A DNA stretch of 33,117 nucleotides from IMG/VR virus record IMGVR_UViG_3300027804_000146, positions 1-33,117 of that record, one strand, 5' to 3'. The notes beneath the pieces are model-generated. The model saw only the letters and a program-made list of their open reading frames with translations, was not told the DNA's origin and ran no database searches. Below, in pieces: positions 1 to 7,530 of the stretch (the first letter of the stretch is position 1; the number at the start of each line of letters is the position of its first letter). Both the position numbers and the translations under genes were made by a program. This DNA comes from a virus. Taxonomy: Duplodnaviria; Caudoviricetes.

Positions 1-285
1 TTAGTCCCAAAGATGTTCTTGCTTTGGATCAAATCTCCAAAAAGATTCTTTATATTTTACATCTTCAGTTAGGTCATACAAAATATCCATAAGTACCTTG
101 CAATCCTCATGCTTCCACGTAAGGCTACATTGGCCATCTTCTACATTTAGGCATTTATTTAAATAAGACTCTACTTTTTCTACCATCCACTTTAAAGCTT
201 CAGAGGATTTTGATATGTCTTCGTAATCTGTTTTTTCCGCCCTATTCATCTTATAGGCTATTTGATCAAGATACAGTTTCTTCAT
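1..285 (-). CDS. hypothetical protein (94 aa)
   Basis: Complete ORF. GGCG/AAGG purine tract upstream; overlaps the end of the upstream minus-strand ORF. No recognisable motif. Confidence 0.7.
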   Translation of the reverse strand: MKKLYLDQIAYKMNRAEKTDYEDISKSSEALKWMVEKVESYLNKCLNVEDGQCSLTWKHEDCKVLMDILYDLTEDVKYKESFWRFDPKQEHLWD

Positions 286-484
286 TTTCGCCTTGTGGTG
301 TAAATGATGGAGACGGACCTAAAAGAAATCCCTGGTCATGATATTGAACCATCTTAGACACATCTTCTGGACCAACTAGTTTATTTGCTATTAGTGTCAA
401 TAAATCATAAATTCTGTGCAGCATAATATAATTTACCATAGGCAAATTATCTTCTAAATTCTGTGGTTGTTCATTTTCTGTCAT
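266..484 (-). CDS. hypothetical protein (72 aa, MTENEQPQNLEDNLPMVNYIMLHRIYDLL...)
   Basis: The track ORF 266..517 starts at GTG. ATG at 484 is preferred because GGTAGG precedes it and it overlaps the end of a small upstream ORF (471-593). Confidence 0.7.
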   Translation of the reverse strand: MTENEQPQNLEDNLPMVNYIMLHRIYDLLTLIANKLVGPEDVSKMVQYHDQGFLLGPSPSFTPQGENEETVS

Positions 485-593
485 CTGGCCTACCCAAATC
501 TTCCCAAAACTTCTCACGACCCATTTGGTCTGTTTCTTTTATTTGTCCGCCGTCAGTATTAATTTGAATCGACGGCTCTTTTGATTTTTCCAT
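471..593 (-). CDS. small hypothetical protein (40 aa, MEKSKEPSIQINTDGGQIKETDQMGREKFWEDLGRPDDRK), not in the ORF track
   Basis: Read manually: ATG at 593 with GGAG 4 nt upstream, TGA at 471-473. It fills the gap between neighbouring minus-strand ORFs and overlaps both. Confidence 0.55.
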   Translation of the reverse strand: MEKSKEPSIQINTDGGQIKETDQMGREKFWEDLGRPDDRK

Positions 594-765
594 ATAGCTC
601 CAAACCAATATTGTTTTTATACTGACAAGATAAACAGTATAGATAAATTATACCGTCATTACTTTCGTTACACATCAAAGGGCCCTGATCCATAGGACAT
701 TCAAGTCTAGGAACAAGGCCCTCTTCTGAGAGCGAAAGGTACTTAGACACATATTGTATCTTCAT
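559..765 (-). CDS. small Cys-rich, putative zinc-ribbon protein (68 aa)
   Basis: CPMD...C...CLSC pattern; strong RBS (GAAAGGAAGG) just upstream of the ATG. Confidence 0.65.
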   Translation of the reverse strand: MKIQYVSKYLSLSEEGLVPRLECPMDQGPLMCNESNDGIIYLYCLSCQYKNNIGLELYGKIKRAVDSN

Positions 766-777
766 GTACCTTCCTTT

Positions 778-1329
778 CTAATTTGGGAATTTGTTTAGAA
801 ATTCCTTATATCGGTCTCCACCTAATGAAGACCAGGATGACCAATCTAAGCCGCCCTTAGTCATATAATACGTTATCTCTGCGTTTATTACTGGGTCAAA
901 CAATAAAATGTTTGACTTTAGATCAAATTTTTCTTTACGATCAATGCCGAGTTCACCCAACATATTAATCTGAAAAATTCCGTAGGAACTGTCTCCAGTT
1001 TTCCTGTTACCATTGTAAGCCATAGGTCTTGAATTAGACTCTGCCTTAACAATAGCCCAAGCCTGTTTAAGGGCTTTTCCTTCAAAGCCAACAGCTGATA
1101 AGAGTTCTTTTAGTTCTCTGTCTGTAAGCATCTCAGAAGGCTTGTACACAGTAGTGCTGTACTTCTCTAAGGTTTCTTTCTTTAGTTGTACTGTTGATTT
1201 AGGTGTTTCCACCTGCAATGCTTGAGATGGTTGTGGCCCAGGCTGGACAGTAAATAGAAATAATGTTATCATTCCTATATACGTCCAGTTATGAGCAACT
1301 TCGCTCAAACGTTGTTTGATATTCTCCAT
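778..1329 (-). CDS. lytic transglycosylase / lysozyme-like (SLT-fold) protein with N-terminal hydrophobic anchor
   Basis: AWAIVKAES (catalytic Glu) ... GDSSYGIFQINM ... LFDPVINA ... WSSW are SLT/lysozyme-like motifs. Hydrophobic segment WTYIGMITLFLFTV. AAGGAGG lies 8 nt before ATG 1329 but only 2 nt before ATG 1335, so 1329 is preferred. Confidence 0.85.
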   Translation of the reverse strand: MENIKQRLSEVAHNWTYIGMITLFLFTVQPGPQPSQALQVETPKSTVQLKKETLEKYSTTVYKPSEMLTDRELKELLSAVGFEGKALKQAWAIVKAESNSRPMAYNGNRKTGDSSYGIFQINMLGELGIDRKEKFDLKSNILLFDPVINAEITYYMTKGGLDWSSWSSLGGDRYKEFLNKFPN

Positions 1330-1335
1330 TGGCAT

Positions 1336-1364
1336 TTCCTCCTTTAGAGATAACGAACTATAAT
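1336..1364 (+). promoter_or_regulatory. putative rightward promoter overlapping the leftward one
   Basis: TATAAT at 1359-1364; TTCCTC 17 nt upstream is a weak -35, similar to TTCCCC before the RNR gene. Confidence 0.45.
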
Positions 1365-1392
1365 AGTATCATTGATTAGATAACCCTGTCAA
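1363..1392 (-). promoter_or_regulatory. sigma70/sigmaA-type promoter for the leftward operon
   Basis: Minus strand: TTGACA (1392-1387) - 18 nt - TACTAT (1368-1363), with an extended TG motif. Confidence 0.65.
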
Positions 1393-1414
1393 CCCAGTCA
1401 ACTAGAAAGAAATC

Positions 1415-2398
1415 ATGGAAATATCTTATTCTACACCTAGAGGGAATCTTACAACTTCAAACGGGTATGGTCATGCGGGATTTAAAATGGCGGAGTCCTT
1501 GACAAAAATGGGACACAGGCTTACTTATCAAAATCCAAAAGCCAAAATTCAAATTAATTTTTCTCAACCTACATTATATAAACTACATAGATATCAATAT
1601 CAAATTGGTTATACACCGTGGGAATCTACAATAATTCCAGATTCTTGGGAAGCCAAAATAAATGCATGTGATGAAATGTGGACAACATCAGATTGGTGTA
1701 AAAATGTTTATGAGAATAATGGATTTAAGATATCTAATGTTTATCCTCATGGAATTGATCCCATATGGGTTCCTAAAAAACGTGAAAAAAGAAATGTAAT
1801 AAAATTTTTACACATTGGGGAACCAGCACCTAGAAAAGGTGGCCAAGAAACAATAAATGCTTTTATAAAACTATTCGGCAATAATCCAAATTATTCTTTA
1901 ACTCTTAAGGTCTATAAAGAAAGCAGAGTAAGAGTATATGATGATTTCGGTAGTATTCTTGGACTGCCGCAAGAAATGTATAGCAACATAAAAATAGACG
2001 ATAGGGTTTTAGACGATAAAGATTTAGTTGCTCTTCATCATGATCACGACATATTAGTTTACCCTACTTATGGCGAAGGTTTTGGCTTTATTCCTTTACA
2101 AGCACTTGCTACTGGAATGCCAACAATTTCTACACATGATTGGGCACATTACTCTAAATACTTAGGACCTTTAAAGCTAAACTCTACTATTATAAAGTCG
2201 CCTTGGGAACTAATGCACCCAGGAGATGTTTATAAACCAAACCCTGAACACCTACTTGAGGTAATGCAAGATGCTGTGGATAACTTTAAAGCTTATTCAG
2301 GATATTACTTTACTCAGTCAACTGAAATACATCAAGAATATAATTGGGATCAGTTGACTAATAAGGCTTTTGAAAATATTTTTAAGAAAATACAATAA
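1415..2398 (+). CDS. glycosyltransferase, GT-B fold, family 4-like (327 aa)
   Basis: GYTPWE, DEMWTTS, HGID, RKG and the GT4 signature YPTYGEGFGFIPLQALATGMPTI. Confidence 0.9.
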   Translation: MEISYSTPRGNLTTSNGYGHAGFKMAESLTKMGHRLTYQNPKAKIQINFSQPTLYKLHRYQYQIGYTPWESTIIPDSWEAKINACDEMWTTSDWCKNVYENNGFKISNVYPHGIDPIWVPKKREKRNVIKFLHIGEPAPRKGGQETINAFIKLFGNNPNYSLTLKVYKESRVRVYDDFGSILGLPQEMYSNIKIDDRVLDDKDLVALHHDHDILVYPTYGEGFGFIPLQALATGMPTISTHDWAHYSKYLGPLKLNSTIIKSPWELMHPGDVYKPNPEHLLEVMQDAVDNFKAYSGYYFTQSTEIHQEYNWDQLTNKAFENIFKKIQ

Positions 2399-2402
2399 CC
2401 CC

Positions 2403-2431
2403 TTCCCCTTTGTATAGAAGTTTGGTAGAAT
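2403..2431 (+). promoter_or_regulatory. putative promoter of the RNR gene
   Basis: Extended -10 TGGTAGAAT (2423-2431); weak -35 TTCCCC at 17-nt spacing. Confidence 0.5.
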
Positions 2432-2487
2432 TGGATTTCAACTCAAAATTTATATAACCGCAAGGCGGAGAAAAGGTGTTACTAAAA

Positions 2488-4422
2488 ATGTCAAAGACTA
2501 TTGCAAACCCATATGAAAATTTCATTGCGTTATCTCGTTATGCAAGATGGATTCCAGAGGAAGGCCGTCGTGAAACATGGGGCGAAACAGTAGATAGATA
2601 CTTTGACTTTATGTTAGCTCATCTAGATAAGAACCATAACTATAAGCCATCAGATAAGTTGGTTAAAGAACTTAAGGATGCAGTCTTCAACAGAAACGTG
2701 ATGCCTTCAATGCGTTCTGTAATGACTTCAGGTGCAGCATTGGAAAGAGATAATGTGGCAGGATACAACTGTTCATTTGTTCCAGTAGATTCACCACGTT
2801 CATTTGATGAAACTATGTATATTCTTATGTGTGGAACAGGAGTAGGTTTCTCTGTTGAGTACAAGTATGTTAATAAGCTTCCTGCCGTCCCAGAGACATT
2901 TGAGAAATCAACTACTGTCATTGTTGTAGAAGATTCTAAACAAGGTTGGGCAAAAGCATATCGTGAACTTCTAGCGCTTTTATGGACTGGGCAGATTCCA
3001 TCTATTGATGTTTCTAAGGTTAGACCAGCAGGTGCTCGACTTAAGACAATGGGCGGAAGATCATCTGGACCACAACCACTTGTTAACCTTTTTGATTTTA
3101 CTATTGCAAAGTTTAAAAATGCTGCAGGTCGTCAGCTTAAGCCAATTGAGGCGCATGACATTATGTGTAAGATTGGAGAGGTAGTAGTTGTTGGTGGAGT
3201 ACGTCGTTCAGCAATGATTTCTCTTTCTAATATTAACGATATTGAAATGGCTGCAGCAAAGTCAGGTAACTGGTGGGAAAATAATACACAACGTGCACTT
3301 TCAAATAACTCTGTTGCATATTCACGCAAACCAGAGATGGAACAATTTATAGCAGAATGGAAAAATCTTTATGACTCAAAGTCTGGGGAACGTGGAATCT
3401 ATAATGTTGCAGCAGCGCAGGCGCAAGCAGCAAAGTATGGTCGTAGAGACCCTGAAATCCATTACGGTACCAATCCGTGTTCAGAAATTATTCTCCGTCC
3501 TTATCAGTTTTGTAATCTTTCAGAAGTCGTACTACGTGAAAAGGATACAGTTGAAGATGTATCGAATAAAGTCCGTCTTGCAACAATTCTTGGTACATGG
3601 CAATCAACCCTAACAGACTTTAAGTACCTTCGTAAAATTTGGAAGGACAACACAGAAGAAGAGCGTCTACTAGGTGTATCTTTAACTGGACAATTTGGAC
3701 ATAAGTTTTTTTCAGGAAAACAAGGCTTAGATAAACTAGAGTCAACCCTTGCAGGACTTCGTGAGTATGCAAGAACAATTAACTCAGAAGAGGCAGGGAA
3801 AATTGGGATTCCTGAGTCTGCAGCTATTACATGTGTAAAGCCTTCTGGAACAGTGTCCCAATTGGTCGGGGTATCTTCAGGAATGCATCCATGGCATTCA
3901 CAATATTATATTCGTACAGTTCGTGGTTCAAAGGGAGACCCAATCTCAACATTTTTGAAGGAAGTTGGAATCCCAGTAGAAGACGATGTGATGAAGCCAA
4001 ATGATACATACGTATTCTCATTTCCAGTAAAGGCACCAGAAGGTGCAATTACAAGATCTGACCTTACAGCATTAGATCATTTAAATACATGGTTAGTTTA
4101 TCAACGTGCATGGTGTGAGCATAAGCCGTCTATTACAGTTTCTGTAAAGGAAGAAGAATGGATGGAAGTTGGTGCTTGGGTATATAAGCATTTTGATGAG
4201 GTATCTGGAATTTCATTCCTCCCTCATTCAGATCACACATATAAGCAAGCTCCTTACCAGGAAGTTTCTAAAGAAGAATACGAGGCGCTACTTGCAAAGA
4301 TGCCAAACGATATTCGTTGGGAAGATTTATCATTTTATGAGACAGAAGACGGTACATCTACAAATGCCACCCTTGCCTGTACTTCAGACGGAAATTGTGA
4401 GATTGTAGACATTTCCGCTTAA
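2488..4422 (+). CDS. nrdJ: class II (adenosylcobalamin-dependent) ribonucleotide reductase, monomeric RTPR type
   Basis: YNCSF, GTGVGFS, VVVGGVRRSA, TNPCSEI (thiyl-radical Cys), FCNL, KPSGTVSQL, EHKPS and a C-terminal CTSDGNC redox pair. No ATP-cone and no adjacent beta subunit. Start is ATG 2488 (alternative GTG 2476). Confidence 0.93.
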   Translation: MSKTIANPYENFIALSRYARWIPEEGRRETWGETVDRYFDFMLAHLDKNHNYKPSDKLVKELKDAVFNRNVMPSMRSVMTSGAALERDNVAGYNCSFVPVDSPRSFDETMYILMCGTGVGFSVEYKYVNKLPAVPETFEKSTTVIVVEDSKQGWAKAYRELLALLWTGQIPSIDVSKVRPAGARLKTMGGRSSGPQPLVNLFDFTIAKFKNAAGRQLKPIEAHDIMCKIGEVVVVGGVRRSAMISLSNINDIEMAAAKSGNWWENNTQRALSNNSVAYSRKPEMEQFIAEWKNLYDSKSGERGIYNVAAAQAQAAKYGRRDPEIHYGTNPCSEIILRPYQFCNLSEVVLREKDTVEDVSNKVRLATILGTWQSTLTDFKYLRKIWKDNTEEERLLGVSLTGQFGHKFFSGKQGLDKLESTLAGLREYARTINSEEAGKIGIPESAAITCVKPSGTVSQLVGVSSGMHPWHSQYYIRTVRGSKGDPISTFLKEVGIPVEDDVMKPNDTYVFSFPVKAPEGAITRSDLTALDHLNTWLVYQRAWCEHKPSITVSVKEEEWMEVGAWVYKHFDEVSGISFLPHSDHTYKQAPYQEVSKEEYEALLAKMPNDIRWEDLSFYETEDGTSTNATLACTSDGNCEIVDISA

Positions 4423-4434
4423 TAGGTATATAAT
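4406..4434 (+). promoter_or_regulatory. sigmaA-type promoter for the holin-like gene and fibre array
   Basis: TAGACA (4406-4411) - 17 nt - TATAAT (4429-4434). Confidence 0.75.
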
Positions 4435-4439
4435 AAGAA

Positions 4440-4477
4440 TTGGGGTAACACCCAAAATTCCTGGGCACAATGCCCAG
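4440..4477 (+). promoter_or_regulatory. two tandem hairpins in the holin leader (or tandem-hairpin terminator of nrdJ)
   Basis: TTGGG-GTAACA-CCCAA (4440-4455) and CTGGGCA-CAA-TGCCCAG (4461-4477), immediately before AGGAGG (4482-4487). Confidence 0.55.
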
Positions 4478-4492
4478 AAATAGGAGGATCTA

Positions 4493-4717
4493 ATGAAACA
4501 AGATCTAAACAATGATGGAAAGGTAACTATGCAGGAGAAAATTCTCGCAGCATTGTCAAGCTATGGTCGTCACTTTCTAGGTGCAACCATCGCTCTTTAC
4601 ATGACTGGAAACACTGACCCAGGAGACCTAATTAAGGGCGGACTAGCAGCAGTGCTACCTGTTATCTTGAAGGCTCTAAATACAAATGAGCCAGCTTTTG
4701 GCTTTACAAAGAAGTAA
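4493..4717 (+). CDS. putative holin / small two-helix membrane protein (74 aa)
   Basis: Two hydrophobic segments (FLGATIALYM; GGLAAVLPVIL), C-terminal LN...AFG and a KK tail. Strong RBS; second in-frame start at 4529. Confidence 0.6.
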   Translation: MKQDLNNDGKVTMQEKILAALSSYGRHFLGATIALYMTGNTDPGDLIKGGLAAVLPVILKALNTNEPAFGFTKK

Positions 4718-4732
4718 AATTTAATAAGCAGT

Positions 4733-4774
4733 TAGGACGGCTCCTGTGCTAAAATAAGCATAGGAGTTTTCCTA
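4733..4774 (+). terminator. long stem-loop between the holin-like gene and the fibre operon
   Basis: CTCCTGTGCT-AAAATA-AGCATAGGAG (10-bp stem, one G-U), extendable by TAGGA/TCCTA. No long U-tract. The loop region also reads TGCTAAAAT, like an extended -10. Confidence 0.45.
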
Positions 4775-4792
4775 TTTAGGAGATTTTGGCAT

Positions 4793-5140
4793 ATGGCAGG
4801 ACAAAAAAATTGGGAAGTGGATCAAAACACTACCTTCACATTTACCGTTGAATATAAAGACAACGACGGTGATCCGATCAATCTTACAAACTGTTCCGCA
4901 AAGTTACAAGTTCGTGATACTAAGGGTGGAAGCAAGTTAGCTTTTAGTCTTACATCACCAGCTGGTGGAATAATTATAGATCAGCCTAATGGTAAGATAA
5001 CCGTTAAGATGACTCCGACACAAACTAATAAATTATTCTATCCAAAGTCTTCATATGACCTTATGTTAACAGACAGCAATTTGAATAAAACCAAATTGCT
5101 TGAGGGATTCATAACTTTGAGCAGATCGGTAACCATTTAA
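4793..5140 (+). CDS. minor tail / baseplate Ig-like protein (BppU N-terminal-like), 115 aa
   Basis: Pattern DQNTTF...PINLT...AKLQVR...G.ITV....QT.....YDL.......LLEG.I is typical of small beta-sandwich tail proteins; first gene of the fibre array. Confidence 0.6.
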   Translation: MAGQKNWEVDQNTTFTFTVEYKDNDGDPINLTNCSAKLQVRDTKGGSKLAFSLTSPAGGIIIDQPNGKITVKMTPTQTNKLFYPKSSYDLMLTDSNLNKTKLLEGFITLSRSVTI

Positions 5141-5598
5141 TGCCAATTAATAATAACAATAACAATCCAACAGTAGTAGTAACAGAACAAGTTAATAAAA
5201 TTCAGGTAGTTACCCCTGGCCCACAAGGTCCTAGAGGTAAAACAATCCTCAATGGAAACGGTGTCCCAGCGGATAACCTTGGATTTGAGGGAGACTTTTA
5301 TTACGACAAGCTAACAACCAGATTCTATGGGCCAAAGCCAAATGATGCCTCATGGTCTGGGGCTACAAACTACCTTTTGAGCACAAGCACATTGACATAC
5401 CCATTCTCACTTGCTCAGGTTCAAAATGCTGGATCCTATCATTATGTTGAAATAACTCATAATATGGGCTATAACCCAAATGTAACGGTACAGGATAGCG
5501 GTGGAAACATATTAGAAACTGGAATAGACTATAATAGTATTAATAAAATTACACTGATAATGGCACAACCATTCGGTGGGACAGCATATCTGTCTTAA
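5140..5598 (+). CDS. minor tail/fibre connector with short collagen-like stretch (152 aa)
   Basis: GPQGPRG; GNGVP...GDFYYD; C-terminal ITHNMGYNPNVTV domain; TAATG coupling to the upstream gene. Confidence 0.65.
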   Translation: MPINNNNNNPTVVVTEQVNKIQVVTPGPQGPRGKTILNGNGVPADNLGFEGDFYYDKLTTRFYGPKPNDASWSGATNYLLSTSTLTYPFSLAQVQNAGSYHYVEITHNMGYNPNVTVQDSGGNILETGIDYNSINKITLIMAQPFGGTAYLS

Positions 5599-5611
5599 GG
5601 GAGAATAGAAA

Positions 5612-7063
5612 ATGGCAAGATTATTTGTAACTGACATTGACCTAAATGGTAATGAGCTCAGAAAAGCGGTTATCCATAGTGTTTCTACAGCACCGCTAAA
5701 TCCAAAAAATGGACAGATTTACTTTAATACAACAGACAAGGTTATGTATTATTACAATGGCCTAAGTGAACCTAATGGCCCATGGATGCCAATGTCTGGA
5801 TCCACAGAAGTTATCCAAGATGTAATTGGTTCATCTGTAATTGGCGGAGTTGGTCTTACAGCAACATATGGAGACCCAGCAGGAACAACAACAATAGATT
5901 TAGATAATACAACAGTAACAGCAGGTTCATATGGATCTACAACACAGATTCCTACATTTACAGTAGATGCACAAGGTCGTTTGACTGCCGCAGGTACAGT
6001 AAATGTCGCTACAGTGCTTTCAGTTGCAGCAGAATCTGGAACAACAGATACAGTAAATCTTCTTACAGATACTCTGACATTTGCAGCAGGAGAAGGAATT
6101 AACACCGTTGTATCAGATAATACAATTACAATCAGCGGTGAAGATGCAAGTTCTACAAACAAAGGTATTGCATCTTTTAATTCAACAGCATTCTCTGTAA
6201 CAGACGGACATGTAAATCTAGTAGCATTTGCAAATAATATTGATGCTAACGGAAATAAAATTACAGAAGTTGGAGATCCAACAGCTGATACAGATGCAGC
6301 TAATAAGCGATATGTTGATGCAGTTGCACAAGGTCTTCATGTTCATGAAGCAGCACATGCAGCAACACCAGCAAGCTTAGCAACTTTAACCTCTGGAACT
6401 GTTACATATAATAATGGTACAGCAGGAGTAGGAGCAACACTTACCCTACAAAATGCTCTAACAGAACTTGATGGACATACTCTAAACGCTGGAGATAGAA
6501 TTCTTGTAAAGAATGAATCTACTGCAGCACACAATGGTATTTATGTATATACAAGCTCAACGCTTCTAACAAGAGCAGATGATTTTAACACTCCAATTGA
6601 AATTCATGGTGGAGACTTCGTATTCGTAGAAAACGGAACTCTATACAACAGCACTGGCTGGGTAAACGAAAATGAAGTAAACACAGTAGGAACAGATGGA
6701 CTTTCATTTTTACAATTCTCTGGAGTTGGTACATTTACAGCAGGTGCAGGTCTTTCTCTAAGCGGAACAGAATTTAATATTGGTTCTGTAGCAGGTGGAG
6801 GAATTACTGTAAATGCAAATAGCATTGAAGTTGATGCTACTGTAGTAGCTCGCAAATATGCAACAGTAATTGGAAATGGATCGGCAACATCTTATACAGT
6901 AACACATAATCTTAACACTCAAGATGCAGTAGTTCAAGTATTTACAGCATCTGGATATGAGCAAGTTGAGGCAGATGTAACTCGTCCAACAGTAAATACA
7001 GTAGTAGTAGGATTTGCGACAGCGCCTAGTTCAAACGAATATAGAGTAATAGTAGTAGGTTAA
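5612..7063 (+). CDS. tail fibre protein (483 aa)
   Basis: [10 protein letters not shown] knob motif; GSYGS...[11 protein letters not shown]; DAANKRYVD; [18 protein letters not shown] domain; C-terminal VTHNLNT domain. Confidence 0.8.
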   Translation: MARLFVTDIDLNGNELRKAVIHSVSTAPLNPKNGQIYFNTTDKVMYYYNGLSEPNGPWMPMSGSTEVIQDVIGSSVIGGVGLTATYGDPAGTTTIDLDNTTVTAGSYGSTTQIPTFTVDAQGRLTAAGTVNVATVLSVAAESGTTDTVNLLTDTLTFAAGEGINTVVSDNTITISGEDASSTNKGIASFNSTAFSVTDGHVNLVAFANNIDANGNKITEVGDPTADTDAANKRYVDAVAQGLHVHEAAHAATPASLATLTSGTVTYNNGTAGVGATLTLQNALTELDGHTLNAGDRILVKNESTAAHNGIYVYTSSTLLTRADDFNTPIEIHGGDFVFVENGTLYNSTGWVNENEVNTVGTDGLSFLQFSGVGTFTAGAGLSLSGTEFNIGSVAGGGITVNANSIEVDATVVARKYATVIGNGSATSYTVTHNLNTQDAVVQVFTASGYEQVEADVTRPTVNTVVVGFATAPSSNEYRVIVVG

Positions 7064-7065
7064 TC

Positions 7066-7527
7066 GTGGCTAAGCAATTTAAAACAACAATTGCTCCGCC
7101 AGCCTTAAGTTCAGATCCAGTGGGATCTGTGGTTGGAGAGATTTACTATAATACCGCAACTGGTTCATTAAAATATTTTAATGGATCTACATGGTCTGTA
7201 ATTGGAACTGGAAGCGGCGGAAGCGGATCTTCAAACGCATTTGAAGTATTATCCTCTGCCCCAGTCTCTCCTTCACAAGGAAGAGTTTATTTTGATTCTT
7301 CAGAAAATACAATAAAGGTTTATAACGGTAATATCTGGTATGATGTTGCAGGTCCTAAAGAATTATTGGACCACCAACACTATGCTGGAGAAGGACTAGT
7401 TCGTCATGTTGATTATGGTCAGTATGTTTCAGATTTAAATTACATTGTGTCTATGGATGGTGGAACAGCAAGCACTTCCTATGCATCAGCACCAGATAAT
7501 GATATAATAGACGGAGGAGCAGCATAG
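7066..7527 (+). CDS. small fibre-associated protein (153 aa, GTG start)
   Basis: Two copies of PxxGxxYxxxxxxxxKxxNGxxW; HQH motif; C-terminal MDGG/IDGG repeats directly before an Mtd_N-type gene. Confidence 0.65.
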   Translation: MAKQFKTTIAPPALSSDPVGSVVGEIYYNTATGSLKYFNGSTWSVIGTGSGGSGSSNAFEVLSSAPVSPSQGRVYFDSSENTIKVYNGNIWYDVAGPKELLDHQHYAGEGLVRHVDYGQYVSDLNYIVSMDGGTASTSYASAPDNDIIDGGAA

Positions 7528-7530
7528 AAA

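Noticed and set aside
2432-2487. Cobalamin riboswitch or NrdR box before nrdJ
   Set aside because: The leader is too short for a riboswitch and no NrdR-type palindrome is evident. Only a small CCGC-AAG-GCGG hairpin (2458-2468) is present.
2640-4408. Short ORFs nested in nrdJ
   Set aside because: They lie inside a highly conserved enzyme gene, with no motifs or RBS support.
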